This document shows, piece after piece, positions 1 to 7,489 of a DNA stretch of 53,627 nucleotides; positions within the stretch are counted from its first letter, which is position 1; each line of letters opens with the position of its first letter. Location of the stretch: IMG/VR virus record IMGVR_UViG_3300044951_001798, positions 1-53,627 of that record; one strand, written 5' to 3'. The notes beneath the pieces are model-generated. The model was given only the letters and a program-made list of their open reading frames with translations. It was not told the DNA's origin and ran no database searches. A program made the position numbers and the translations under genes. The stretch comes from a virus (taxonomy: Duplodnaviria > Caudoviricetes).

Positions 1-985
1 CGTGGTATTCTTGCGCGATCTGCGACCAGGAAACAAAACCTAATGGGGAAAGTAACCCGCTGATGTGATACCCTCTTTTTTTTCGATTCGGTTGAGATGG
101 TATCCATTGCCCAGCTTCGAGCATTTCTGTTTTATGATGTTCGTAAATTTTTTCCTGGCAGTTCTTGCATGTGTACCAAGTGTCGGTTACGTTCCCGTTT
201 TGTTCAGTGTAATGGAGGCCATGTTCTTGTCCGTCAGTGGAAAAGATTAAGATTTGGAGAGTGGCACAAAAAGGACAAGGGACGTGGTAAAACCTTTGAT
301 CTGATTTCTGGAATTCTTTCTCAATCAGGGACCCGCCTTTCTGTGTAGGCGTGCTGATTTTCAATATCTTTTTTTTGCTTGAATATGTGTCAGTACGTCT
401 CTCTGCGAGGCTGATCGGGCTACCCTCACCGCCAATGTCTGGCGAGAAACCATCAATATCGTCGAGTATAAGATATCGGATGGAAACGTTTCTGAAAGAA
501 GCGCCAGAATTACTGCCGGCCATGAACAGTGCGCCACCAGTGAAATTCTTTGTCGTGATGGTGTTCCCTGATTTACGGCTTTTCTCAGTAACGGTTTTCG
601 CGAGAATACTGGGGGTGTTGTTGATCATTGGAGTTATACGTGTCTTACTGTGACGTTCAGCAAGTTCAACAGTGGGGAGCATATAGAGGATGGGACCGGG
701 GACACAGTCCATGATATACCCGATAAAATTATTGGCGACTTCTGACAATCCGATCTGGGTGGCTTTCATAACAACAACGTCATTGACGGTTGTTTCAGTG
801 ACCGAGAGTGACTGCATTATTTCTTTCAAATATGGCGTGCGGCTTGTACGATAGTTGCCTGACTCCCTTGTTGAGACTGAATCAAGGAGCCTATTTTGAT
901 CAGCCCATTCGTCGACTGTGGTGATGGTATCAAGTTCAAGTGCATCAAGACAGGCTTTGACATAAATGTTATGTCCATTGTTCAT
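1..985 (-). CDS. Phage terminase large subunit, lambda gpA family (5' part; truncated by window start)
   Basis: Hand translation from ATG at 985: MNNGHNIYVKACL..TVDEWADQNR..RTSRTPYLKEIM..MKATQIGLSE..RYLILDDIDGF..EGSPISLAERRTDTY..ISTPT..YHVPCPFC; open to position 1. Not in the ORF track because it has no stop in the window. Confidence 0.95.
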   Translation of the reverse strand, partial: MNNGHNIYVKACLDALELDTITTVDEWADQNRLLDSVSTRESGNYRTSRTPYLKEIMQSLSVTETTVNDVVVMKATQIGLSEVANNFIGYIMDCVPGPILYMLPTVELAERHSKTRITPMINNTPSILAKTVTEKSRKSGNTITTKNFTGGALFMAGSNSGASFRNVSIRYLILDDIDGFSPDIGGEGSPISLAERRTDTYSSKKKILKISTPTQKGGSLIEKEFQKSDQRFYHVPCPFCATLQILIFSTDGQEHGLHYTEQNGNVTDTWYTCKNCQEKIYEHHKTEMLEAGQWIPSQPNRKKRGYHISGLLSPLGFVSWSQIAQEYH

Positions 986-1649
986 TCAAGCTCACGCGGA
1001 TATGGTTTATTGCATTCTTAATTTCTGTTTCGAGAATTAATCTGATTTTGAATTCGTCGTTTTCCACGGACAACTGCGAACTGATTCGATCAACGATATT
1101 CAGCAAGCTATCCCGGGCCTGACGGTACATTTCGAAAGCGCCTTTTGTTACATCTTCTTCCCTTAAGAGATTTCCAGCTCTCTCCTCATAATCCATCTTT
1201 TTCATTTCTGCGGTGTATTGTTCTTTTATGGTTCTCGCTTCGTTGAAAGACAGGACCTTGAAGTCATCTGATTTAGGGTGTTTAATTATTGTATCTGTGT
1301 CCTCATGATCGGTTATTGGAGAGGATTCTGTTGTGTGATTAAGTACTTTGTTTTTAAATCCTCTCTGCCTTGGATCTGATGAATCCTTTGCTTTTTGGAC
1401 TGCTGCCTCGATGTCAAACAGGTAAGCACCATCTGTCTTGGTAAAAGTTCCTTCGAAAACACCTTTCTTTATAAGAAGGGAGAGAGTTGTTTTGTTAATA
1501 CCAAGTCTTTTCGCTAAAACAGTGGTATTGCCGAAGCCTTCTGGGGGTGGTATCTTCCGTGGCATCGGTTCGCCAGTTTTTTTACGATGTTCGTACATTC
1601 GTTGATATTCGGCTCGCTTTTTTTTCTTTTGTTTTTCTGTCATTGACAT
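969..1649 (-). CDS. Terminase small subunit (Nu1-like, HTH plus coiled coil)
   Basis: Overlaps the terL start; HTH LAKRLGINKTTLSLLIKKG; C-terminal FNEARTIKEQY..YEERAGNLLREEDV..RDSLLNIVDRISSQL typical of TerS of gpA phages. Likely start MSM/MTEK at 1649/1643. Confidence 0.8.
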   Translation of the reverse strand: MSMTEKQKKKKRAEYQRMYEHRKKTGEPMPRKIPPPEGFGNTTVLAKRLGINKTTLSLLIKKGVFEGTFTKTDGAYLFDIEAAVQKAKDSSDPRQRGFKNKVLNHTTESSPITDHEDTDTIIKHPKSDDFKVLSFNEARTIKEQYTAEMKKMDYEERAGNLLREEDVTKGAFEMYRQARDSLLNIVDRISSQLSVENDEFKIRLILETEIKNAINHIRVSLNEQWT

Positions 1650-1737
1650 GAAACAGATTCCTTTAATTGATCTCCTAAAGTGAACACCTAACATATTAAT
1701 ATTGCAACGAAATAAATTTTCAACTGGTAAAGACGGG

Positions 1738-2541
1738 CTAAAATAATCCCATTTGGCATGCTCCCTTTGGTATTGATTTATCCGACATCCACCAGTCGAA
1801 CAATTCGTCGGAATTCTTAAAAGGTCGTTTTGCTTTTGATTGCATTTTTGTCGAATCCACCAAATCCCATCTTGATTTTGCAGCACTGCGCCATCGCTTT
1901 TCCATGTGCGGCCATCTTTCAAAATCTTTCTTTCTGTTACCCATAGGACACCCTATGCACCCAATTCTTTTTTTGCCTTCATCGTATAAACTACAGTATG
2001 GTATATGGTTGGCCCGTATATATTGCCATATCTCTTTATCTGTCCAAGAAAGTATTGGATTAATAACCCATGTTTTATCTTTTTTATCACTCCATTCCGT
2101 AACTGATTGCCATGCCTTTGCTCGGCGCGGTGATTCCGCCGACCTGATACCCATTATCTTGACTTGTCCTGCCCCCCCATTCTCTTTGTATAAGGCACAG
2201 CACCATCGCCTTCTACGTGTCGGTATTCCTTTCTTTTCAACCATCTTCAGCATCGGCACCTTCGGTCTATGCCATATTACATCTGGATGATGGTGTTTGA
2301 TGAAACGTGTCAATTCTGGCGGATCAATCGTTGTCACAGAATAATTTGACGTGAATTTAACACCAGCTCTGATTGCAATGTCCTTCACGACAACAGAATC
2401 CTTCCCGCCTGAAAAACAGAGATAGTATCCATCTTGAGAGTATTCCAATGCGGATGATTCAAATTCTTGCAAAAGCAGGATACCGTCTGCAATTTTTTGC
2501 TCATGAGTAATGCCAACGTGATTAAGTGGTGTCTGATTCAT
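1738..2541 (-). CDS. Phosphoadenosine phosphosulfate reductase-family protein (PP-loop, 4Fe-4S)
   Basis: FSGGKDS PP-loop, RWCC, GIRSAESPRR, NPILSWT, RIGCIGCP; ends in QMGLF. Confidence 0.9.
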   Translation of the reverse strand: MNQTPLNHVGITHEQKIADGILLLQEFESSALEYSQDGYYLCFSGGKDSVVVKDIAIRAGVKFTSNYSVTTIDPPELTRFIKHHHPDVIWHRPKVPMLKMVEKKGIPTRRRRWCCALYKENGGAGQVKIMGIRSAESPRRAKAWQSVTEWSDKKDKTWVINPILSWTDKEIWQYIRANHIPYCSLYDEGKKRIGCIGCPMGNRKKDFERWPHMEKRWRSAAKSRWDLVDSTKMQSKAKRPFKNSDELFDWWMSDKSIPKGACQMGLF

Positions 2542-2547
2542 TGGCTG

Positions 2548-3066
2548 CTATTCCTTTTCATCGTAAATCAACTGAATCCCCAAATCCGCATACAGTGAAA
2601 GCATCGCCATTTCCACCTCCCCACGAAAGTCACAATTCAAATTCCGTGTTCCATCGTCAACCAGGTAATCATGATCGTTAATCGTTCGGAAGTGGACTTC
2701 CTTGTATGCCGTCTTTGCGTACTGTGCGGCGATTTCACGCATAGCATAAGCGAGGCTATACATACCAGCAGCAGCGGTATATGCGATTGTATCAATAACT
2801 GTTCTATCTGATACGACTACCCCGTATCTTCGTACAGCGTTTAGCTCGGCTTGTAATTGAGCGCTGTATATCCAAAGTTGTGAATCTTTTGTTGTTGTAG
2901 AGCTTCCTTTGTTGATTATCGGATATGGACATTGCCGAGCAATTTCGAGTATGACACCGACTTCTGATCTTTGATTGAGTTTTAACTGGTGCGCCGTTAA
3001 GTACGTTGCACTGGTTTTGCCGGTGCCGTGCGCTCCACTGAAAGCGATTATTTTTGGTTCTTCCAA
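2548..3066 (-). CDS. P-loop NTPase / nucleotide kinase-like (AAA_28/NadR-like)
   Basis: Walker A GAHGTGKT, EIAR, VVSDRTVID..AY. Confidence 0.75.
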   Translation of the reverse strand: MEEPKIIAFSGAHGTGKTSATYLTAHQLKLNQRSEVGVILEIARQCPYPIINKGSSTTTKDSQLWIYSAQLQAELNAVRRYGVVVSDRTVIDTIAYTAAAGMYSLAYAMREIAAQYAKTAYKEVHFRTINDHDYLVDDGTRNLNCDFRGEVEMAMLSLYADLGIQLIYDEKE

Positions 3067-3309
3067 TTATTATCCTTGCGTTTTGATATTTTTATGTAAT
3101 TATTTTGGGCGTTTCGGCTTCGCCGCCGGTTGTCCTCTGGCTACGCTCCGCTTCGGTCTCGCCATAAAGCCGGCGAGACTACCCGCCGGCCCCCCTAACG
3201 CTTAACAACACAAGCACAAGCAAAAAAAAGAAATCCAGTGCGAGCCACGATCCTGGATCACCGACCGCGAAAGGGGAGAGCACAACGAAACCCTGGCTCT
3301 GAACACGTT

Positions 3310-3654
3310 TTAAGCCACGATGTCCTCAGCGATGTGGTGATAAACGCCATCGGAATTAGCAGGCAGCCATTTTCGAGATTGCAATACCCGGAACTTGTCT
3401 GCCGAAACAAGCATTAGATCGAAATCCATTCTATGTGCGACACCAAGAAGGAGGATAAAAACATCTGCTATCTCGGTTTGAAATTCTTTTTTGTTATCTA
3501 TGGTTGGATTGTTAAAATAATTAGTTGCGGCTTCTTGAACTTCACATATCTCCAAATCGAGATGCGCCATTTGGCCAGATAAAGTAGATTCTGGAAACGT
3601 ATCTTGTCCCCAGGTGCCGATGTAACGTTGGAATCCAGATAACTTGGTTGTCAT
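3310..3654 (-). CDS. dATP/dGTP pyrophosphohydrolase-like (DUF550/MazG fold)
   Basis: WGQDTFP..HLDLEICEV..EIADVFILL..KFRVLQSRKW. Confidence 0.7.
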   Translation of the reverse strand: MTTKLSGFQRYIGTWGQDTFPESTLSGQMAHLDLEICEVQEAATNYFNNPTIDNKKEFQTEIADVFILLLGVAHRMDFDLMLVSADKFRVLQSRKWLPANSDGVYHHIAEDIVA

Positions 3655-3794
3655 GTTTCACCCTTTTAAAGCAGCCATTAAAAACATCATGGCTGCTCTG
3701 GTTGCAATCAACAAGGTTTTGGCTTCCCCTTGGGTTTACCACCCTTCTTAACTGGTTTTGTTGCTTTCTTTGTCATAGTAATCACCTCCTTTTT

Positions 3795-4004
3795 TCACAT
3801 ATTGTCAATTAAATCGTCGAACCGACTGCCTTGCACATTATGCTTGAATATTTTATAGAAATCTTCTGCGTTCAGATGGCGAACCTTTGAATACCGTTCA
3901 TGTCCGATTCGTAAGTCTTTGATCTTAGGCACTAAATACGCTATCTTGGATGTTGTTTCAACCCCCATAGCAGTGCAAATATCATATAAAATATCAGTCT
4001 GCAT
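3795..4004 (-). CDS. Hypothetical phage protein
   Basis: ORF overlapping the HU stop, co-oriented. Confidence 0.5.
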   Translation of the reverse strand: MQTDILYDICTAMGVETTSKIAYLVPKIKDLRIGHERYSKVRHLNAEDFYKIFKHNVQGSRFDDLIDNM

Positions 4005-4254
4005 ACGTTTTCAGTCCGTTGGAGACTTTGAATGTCAAAATCTTGCTTTCAGGAACGTCAACTGTACCACCGGTATGCGGATTCCGGCACTGTCTGGCCG
4101 GCCTGGTCTTCCACTCGAACGTGCCGAACTCTTTGATTGAAACTTTATCTTGTTCAATAAGGGTGGAGAGCATTATTTCAACCACATCAGATACGATTGA
4201 CTTCGTGACTTTCGTCTTTTCAGCGATTGTTGTTATGAGTTCTGTTTTATTCAT
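3994..4254 (-). CDS. hup: HU/IHF-family DNA-binding protein
   Basis: MNKTELI..IAEKT..VSIKEFGTFE..RPARQCRNPHTG..VDVP..FKVS. Confidence 0.93.
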   Translation of the reverse strand: MNKTELITTIAEKTKVTKSIVSDVVEIMLSTLIEQDKVSIKEFGTFEWKTRPARQCRNPHTGGTVDVPESKILTFKVSNGLKTYAD

Positions 4255-4564
4255 TTTCCATTCCTTTCTTTATGGTTACCGTGTCAATTAGATTGTAAAT
4301 CATCGTCAAAGCTGCGTTCCAGCTTGCCTTGGCCAATTGCCTTTCTCTTTCAGTTTTCAACACAAATTCTTTTTCATTTTCGAGCCACTCTTCAAATTTT
4401 GTCATTGTGTTTTTCCTTTTCATTTTCACTTTGGTTTTAATCCCACGTTTGTACCCGTCCAAATACTCTGACCGGTTACACGGCACCCCAGGTGGCCATT
4501 CAGGAGCAATCCAACACAAAGCCTCGCAATATCCTTTCCGATAATACATCGAAAGTCTTTCCAT
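4247..4564 (-). CDS. Hypothetical phage protein
   Basis: Overlapping start/stop within operon. Confidence 0.45.
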   Translation of the reverse strand: MERLSMYYRKGYCEALCWIAPEWPPGVPCNRSEYLDGYKRGIKTKVKMKRKNTMTKFEEWLENEKEFVLKTERERQLAKASWNAALTMIYNLIDTVTIKKGMENE

Positions 4565-4770
4565 TAGAAGAAAGATCGTTGTTCCCTGATATCAGATTGG
4601 AGCTGCCGGATCCTGAGTTTTCTATCAACTGATATTGCCTCTTCTCTTTCAATGATATTCAGCAGCAGAGTTAAATCCGCCATTGTAATCACCGGGTATC
4701 CTTCGGGATCGTGATCCAGTCCAAGCAACCTGAGCCGTTTGATAGTAGTTTTTTCTTCATTGTCAATCAT
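4564..4770 (-). CDS. Hypothetical phage protein
   Basis: ATGA-coupled start MIDNEEK at 4770. Confidence 0.5.
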   Translation of the reverse strand: MIDNEEKTTIKRLRLLGLDHDPEGYPVITMADLTLLLNIIEREEAISVDRKLRIRQLQSDIREQRSFF

Positions 4771-4955
4771 TTTTTCACCGTTGAAATGGCTGCCTGCCAG
4801 CAGTCCCAATAACTCGGGATACTGCCATTGATGCTGTTGTTCCATTCAAGAAATCTATTGATATCTGTTGATGTCAGAGCTTTTTCTTTTTGTGATGCAA
4901 CAGATACATGTAAATCAATATCAGTTTCACATACTGGACATTTGATAATCGCCAT
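4767..4955 (-). CDS. Small protein with CxxC
   Basis: MAIIKCPVCE; coupled to neighbours. Confidence 0.5.
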   Translation of the reverse strand: MAIIKCPVCETDIDLHVSVASQKEKALTSTDINRFLEWNNSINGSIPSYWDCWQAAISTVKK

Positions 4956-5299
4956 TATTTGCCTTTTTTCTTCACGGACTTCTTCACAACAGAATCTCTG
5001 CGAACGATTGTACAGATATCCGTGTCAGCAATTTTTTTGCACCCAGAAACATCCTGCACGGTAGGATAATTTCGTATTTGTTCGAACAACACGGATTCTT
5101 CTTCAGGTTTATCAACGGCGATAAGCACGTCGATGGATGCACAAAAATACTCGCCGGCTGGACGTAAAAGACCGGTAATAGTCATCGGGTCTTCATCCAT
5201 GAGTTTGAATCTGTCCGTGATCCTGATTTCGTCAAGATATACCCCGAGAGATTCGATTGATGATATTTTTTCAGCCAATTTAATAAGCAGATTTTGCAT
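4955..5299 (-). CDS. Hypothetical phage protein
   Basis: AAGGA RBS before MQNLLIK at 5299. Confidence 0.5.
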   Translation of the reverse strand: MQNLLIKLAEKISSIESLGVYLDEIRITDRFKLMDEDPMTITGLLRPAGEYFCASIDVLIAVDKPEEESVLFEQIRNYPTVQDVSGCKKIADTDICTIVRRDSVVKKSVKKKGK

Positions 5300-5318
5300 T
5301 GATTTTCCTTTCTGTTGT

Positions 5319-5537
5319 TTACGGTTTTGGTTCATCGAGGATGAGCAGCATTTTTTCAAACGTGCAGCAGACAAACTCGCTGCATGTTTCTGCTCCGTCT
5401 GCATCGTTGTCATTATCCACCTCAAGCAGCGTGTAAAGCTCCACAGGCGGTGACTGGAGCATTGCGTTATGTACAGGCGCAATGAAAAGAAAAAATACAG
5501 CCAGAACGATTACAGCGGATTTGAGTGACTTTTTCAT
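5319..5537 (-). CDS. Small membrane/exported protein
   Basis: Basic N-terminus plus hydrophobic stretch. Confidence 0.45.
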   Translation of the reverse strand: MKKSLKSAVIVLAVFFLFIAPVHNAMLQSPPVELYTLLEVDNDNDADGAETCSEFVCCTFEKMLLILDEPKP

Positions 5538-5707
5538 AATTCGTGTTCCCAGTATTTCGCGAAACAGGTCTCAAAGAAGCAGTCTTTTTGATTGATACTG
5601 CATTCGTAACTGCACCACAAATTGCTTACTCGCGCCGGACACCGCTTTGATTTAGCAAGCCAGCGATCAAATTCAATTCGTTGAAAGTCTTTCTCTGTTT
5701 CGCTCAT
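5534..5707 (-). CDS. Small Cys-rich protein (57 aa, below ORF-track cutoff)
   Basis: GGAGG RBS; MSETEKDFQRIEFDRWLAKSKRCPARVSNLWCSYECSINQKDCFFETCFAKYWEHEL; ATGA overlaps. Confidence 0.5.
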   Translation of the reverse strand: MSETEKDFQRIEFDRWLAKSKRCPARVSNLWCSYECSINQKDCFFETCFAKYWEHEL

Positions 5708-5948
5708 TTAAGCCTCCAAGGCTGTCTTTTAAGTTTCTTTGAAAGAATTACACGGCGAAACCCGGACATTGTAAGCACTGCACACTCCCAGGCATCGGGG
5801 AGGCTATCTCCTTGGCAATAGAATTTCAGCGTTAAGAACCATCGACGAATGAACTTAAACATCAATCACCTCAGTTGTGGATCATGAAATAGATACAAAG
5901 TGGTTTGTGGCTCATGCTTTACGTTTCGTGAGCCAAGAAAGAATTTTG

Positions 5949-6410
5949 TCAGACACCAGTGACTTCGCGCAACACCAGTTCAGTCCGTGGTTCAGTACCA
6001 GGCTCCGCATAGCGTTTCCTTGCATCAATCCCAATCACGAAAGAATCATCCTGCCACACATCGCAATGATTCAGAACATCCAGCGTCCATTTAATCCCAT
6101 TGTCCAAGTCGATCTTTGTGACAGGTGCAGCAGGTGCAGAAGCTTTGAGGACGCCAGCATTTTTACCAGAACCGAAATGGCCAGCAGGACGCTTCATCCA
6201 GAAGACAATTTTCATGGCCACAGCGCCACTGAAATGACGTACAGCGAGTTCTTTGAGTTGTTGCCGTACAACCATCACCCAGAGTTGCTCTTCGTCGCCT
6301 TGATCACTATACGTTCTGACACCCTTACCGACGCGCGTGAACCGAGGCCGGTTTTTACCAACAGGTTGTCCGGGGATGAGCAGGGTGATTGTGTTTGGTT
6401 CGGGAATCAT
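5949..6410 (-). CDS. rusA: RusA-family Holliday junction resolvase
   Basis: IPGQPVGKNRPRF..KIDLDNGIKWTLDVLN..WQDDSFV..PRTELVL. Confidence 0.9.
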   Translation of the reverse strand: MIPEPNTITLLIPGQPVGKNRPRFTRVGKGVRTYSDQGDEEQLWVMVVRQQLKELAVRHFSGAVAMKIVFWMKRPAGHFGSGKNAGVLKASAPAAPVTKIDLDNGIKWTLDVLNHCDVWQDDSFVIGIDARKRYAEPGTEPRTELVLREVTGV

Positions 6411-7051
6411 ATCATTGCTCCATTCGCCAAACATAAGAGTTCAGTTTCAGGACCGGCTTTGCCTTTGTATTTGCGAGTTATTAATTTGCCAGATGCGAAT
6501 AATCCATCGAGCAAGAATTTCGTATATTCTTTTGGTATTTTCAAATATTGGCCAAAAAGAACTGCTTTTGATATGCCTGGTTTCTCTGGTGTTGCTTTGG
6601 ATTTAATAATTCTGAGAATTCTTTCTTCTGTTGCGTTTGTATGAATGCCAATTATATTTTTTAGATTTGGACTGATATTTAAAGCTGGTTTAATAAATTT
6701 GTTTCTGACTTTAGGATCAATGGCTATGGTTTTCTCTGTCAGTTCACCAAAGTCCTTGAACAGATTCTCCAGGATTTCGATAAGTGCGGGTACGGCTTCA
6801 ATTGGACACCTATGCCATTCACCACAAGCTCGTACCATGATGTGAGATTTTTTATGCAGGATCGGCCTGTACTGATCGAAGAGAGATAAAATTTTTGCAT
6901 CGTGACCATTGTCTTCTGCAATATCGTTCATCTTCCATAACGTCATGTCGTTTACCATCCAGTCATTCCACTCCACATAGATGGATTTTTGACGTTCCCA
7001 CATCTTGATATAGGCGATTCTGCTGTAATCAATCGTAGTGTTTTTTTTCAT
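6407..7051 (-). CDS. Hypothetical protein whose C-terminus is paralogous to the primase-helicase C-terminal (winged-helix-like) domain
   Basis: KATPEKPGISKAVLFGQ..GLFASGKL..KGKAGPETELLCL versus primase KATPSKPGVSSAVLFGQ..GLLSTGQI..KGKAGPETDILCL. Confidence 0.7.
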   Translation of the reverse strand: MKKNTTIDYSRIAYIKMWERQKSIYVEWNDWMVNDMTLWKMNDIAEDNGHDAKILSLFDQYRPILHKKSHIMVRACGEWHRCPIEAVPALIEILENLFKDFGELTEKTIAIDPKVRNKFIKPALNISPNLKNIIGIHTNATEERILRIIKSKATPEKPGISKAVLFGQYLKIPKEYTKFLLDGLFASGKLITRKYKGKAGPETELLCLANGAMI

Positions 7052-7079
7052 GTGTTCACCGTATGAACTTTGAATTATG

Positions 7080-7489
7080 ATAAATGATAATAAAATCAAG
7101 TATTTAAAGGTTATTTATTATATAATAGTATATATTATATAATAAATACAATAACTTATAATAATAACAATATAAACATTAGACAACTTTAGACATGCCT
7201 ATATAAGGTTATTGTGTTTAATATGTAATAAATACATATAGATAATAAACTATACTAACTTTAGACGGGGTAGGCATATATTCGGATAAAATCATCTGTT
7301 CACGCTAAACACAGGTGAGCCACCCCCGTCTATTGTCTAACGTTTAATTATTTTTATCGTAAGTTCTTGTTTTCATTAGTTAGTTTTCCTTAAAAAACTT
7401 TATACAAGTTTTTTTTGAAAGTTTGTAAGTTATTGTTTTAATTGATTATATCTATTCAAATAACTTTATACACGCTGTATAAAGTTATT
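7080..7489. promoter_or_regulatory. Putative replication origin
   Basis: Very AT-rich intergenic tract directly downstream of the primase; repeated AACTTTA(G/T)AC; perfect 14-bp inverted repeat AATAACTTTATACA-CGC-TGTATAAAGTTATT (7459-7489); imperfect IR TAGACGGGGTAGGC/GCCACCCCCGTCTA (7262-7332). Confidence 0.65.

Noticed and set aside
65-653. Plus-strand ORFs at window start
   Set aside because: Antisense to the terminase large subunit.
1650-1922. N-terminal extension of the 317-aa ORF and a cos site
   Set aside because: The extension overlaps the PAPS-reductase gene and lacks support; I could not identify a convincing cos sequence by eye.
3105-3205. Integron attC site
   Set aside because: No proper RYYYAAC/GTTRRRY pair with L boxes, and no integron integrase; kept only as an unexplained structure.
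5877-6644. 255-aa plus-strand ORF
   Set aside because: Antisense shadow of rusA and its upstream gene; no motifs.
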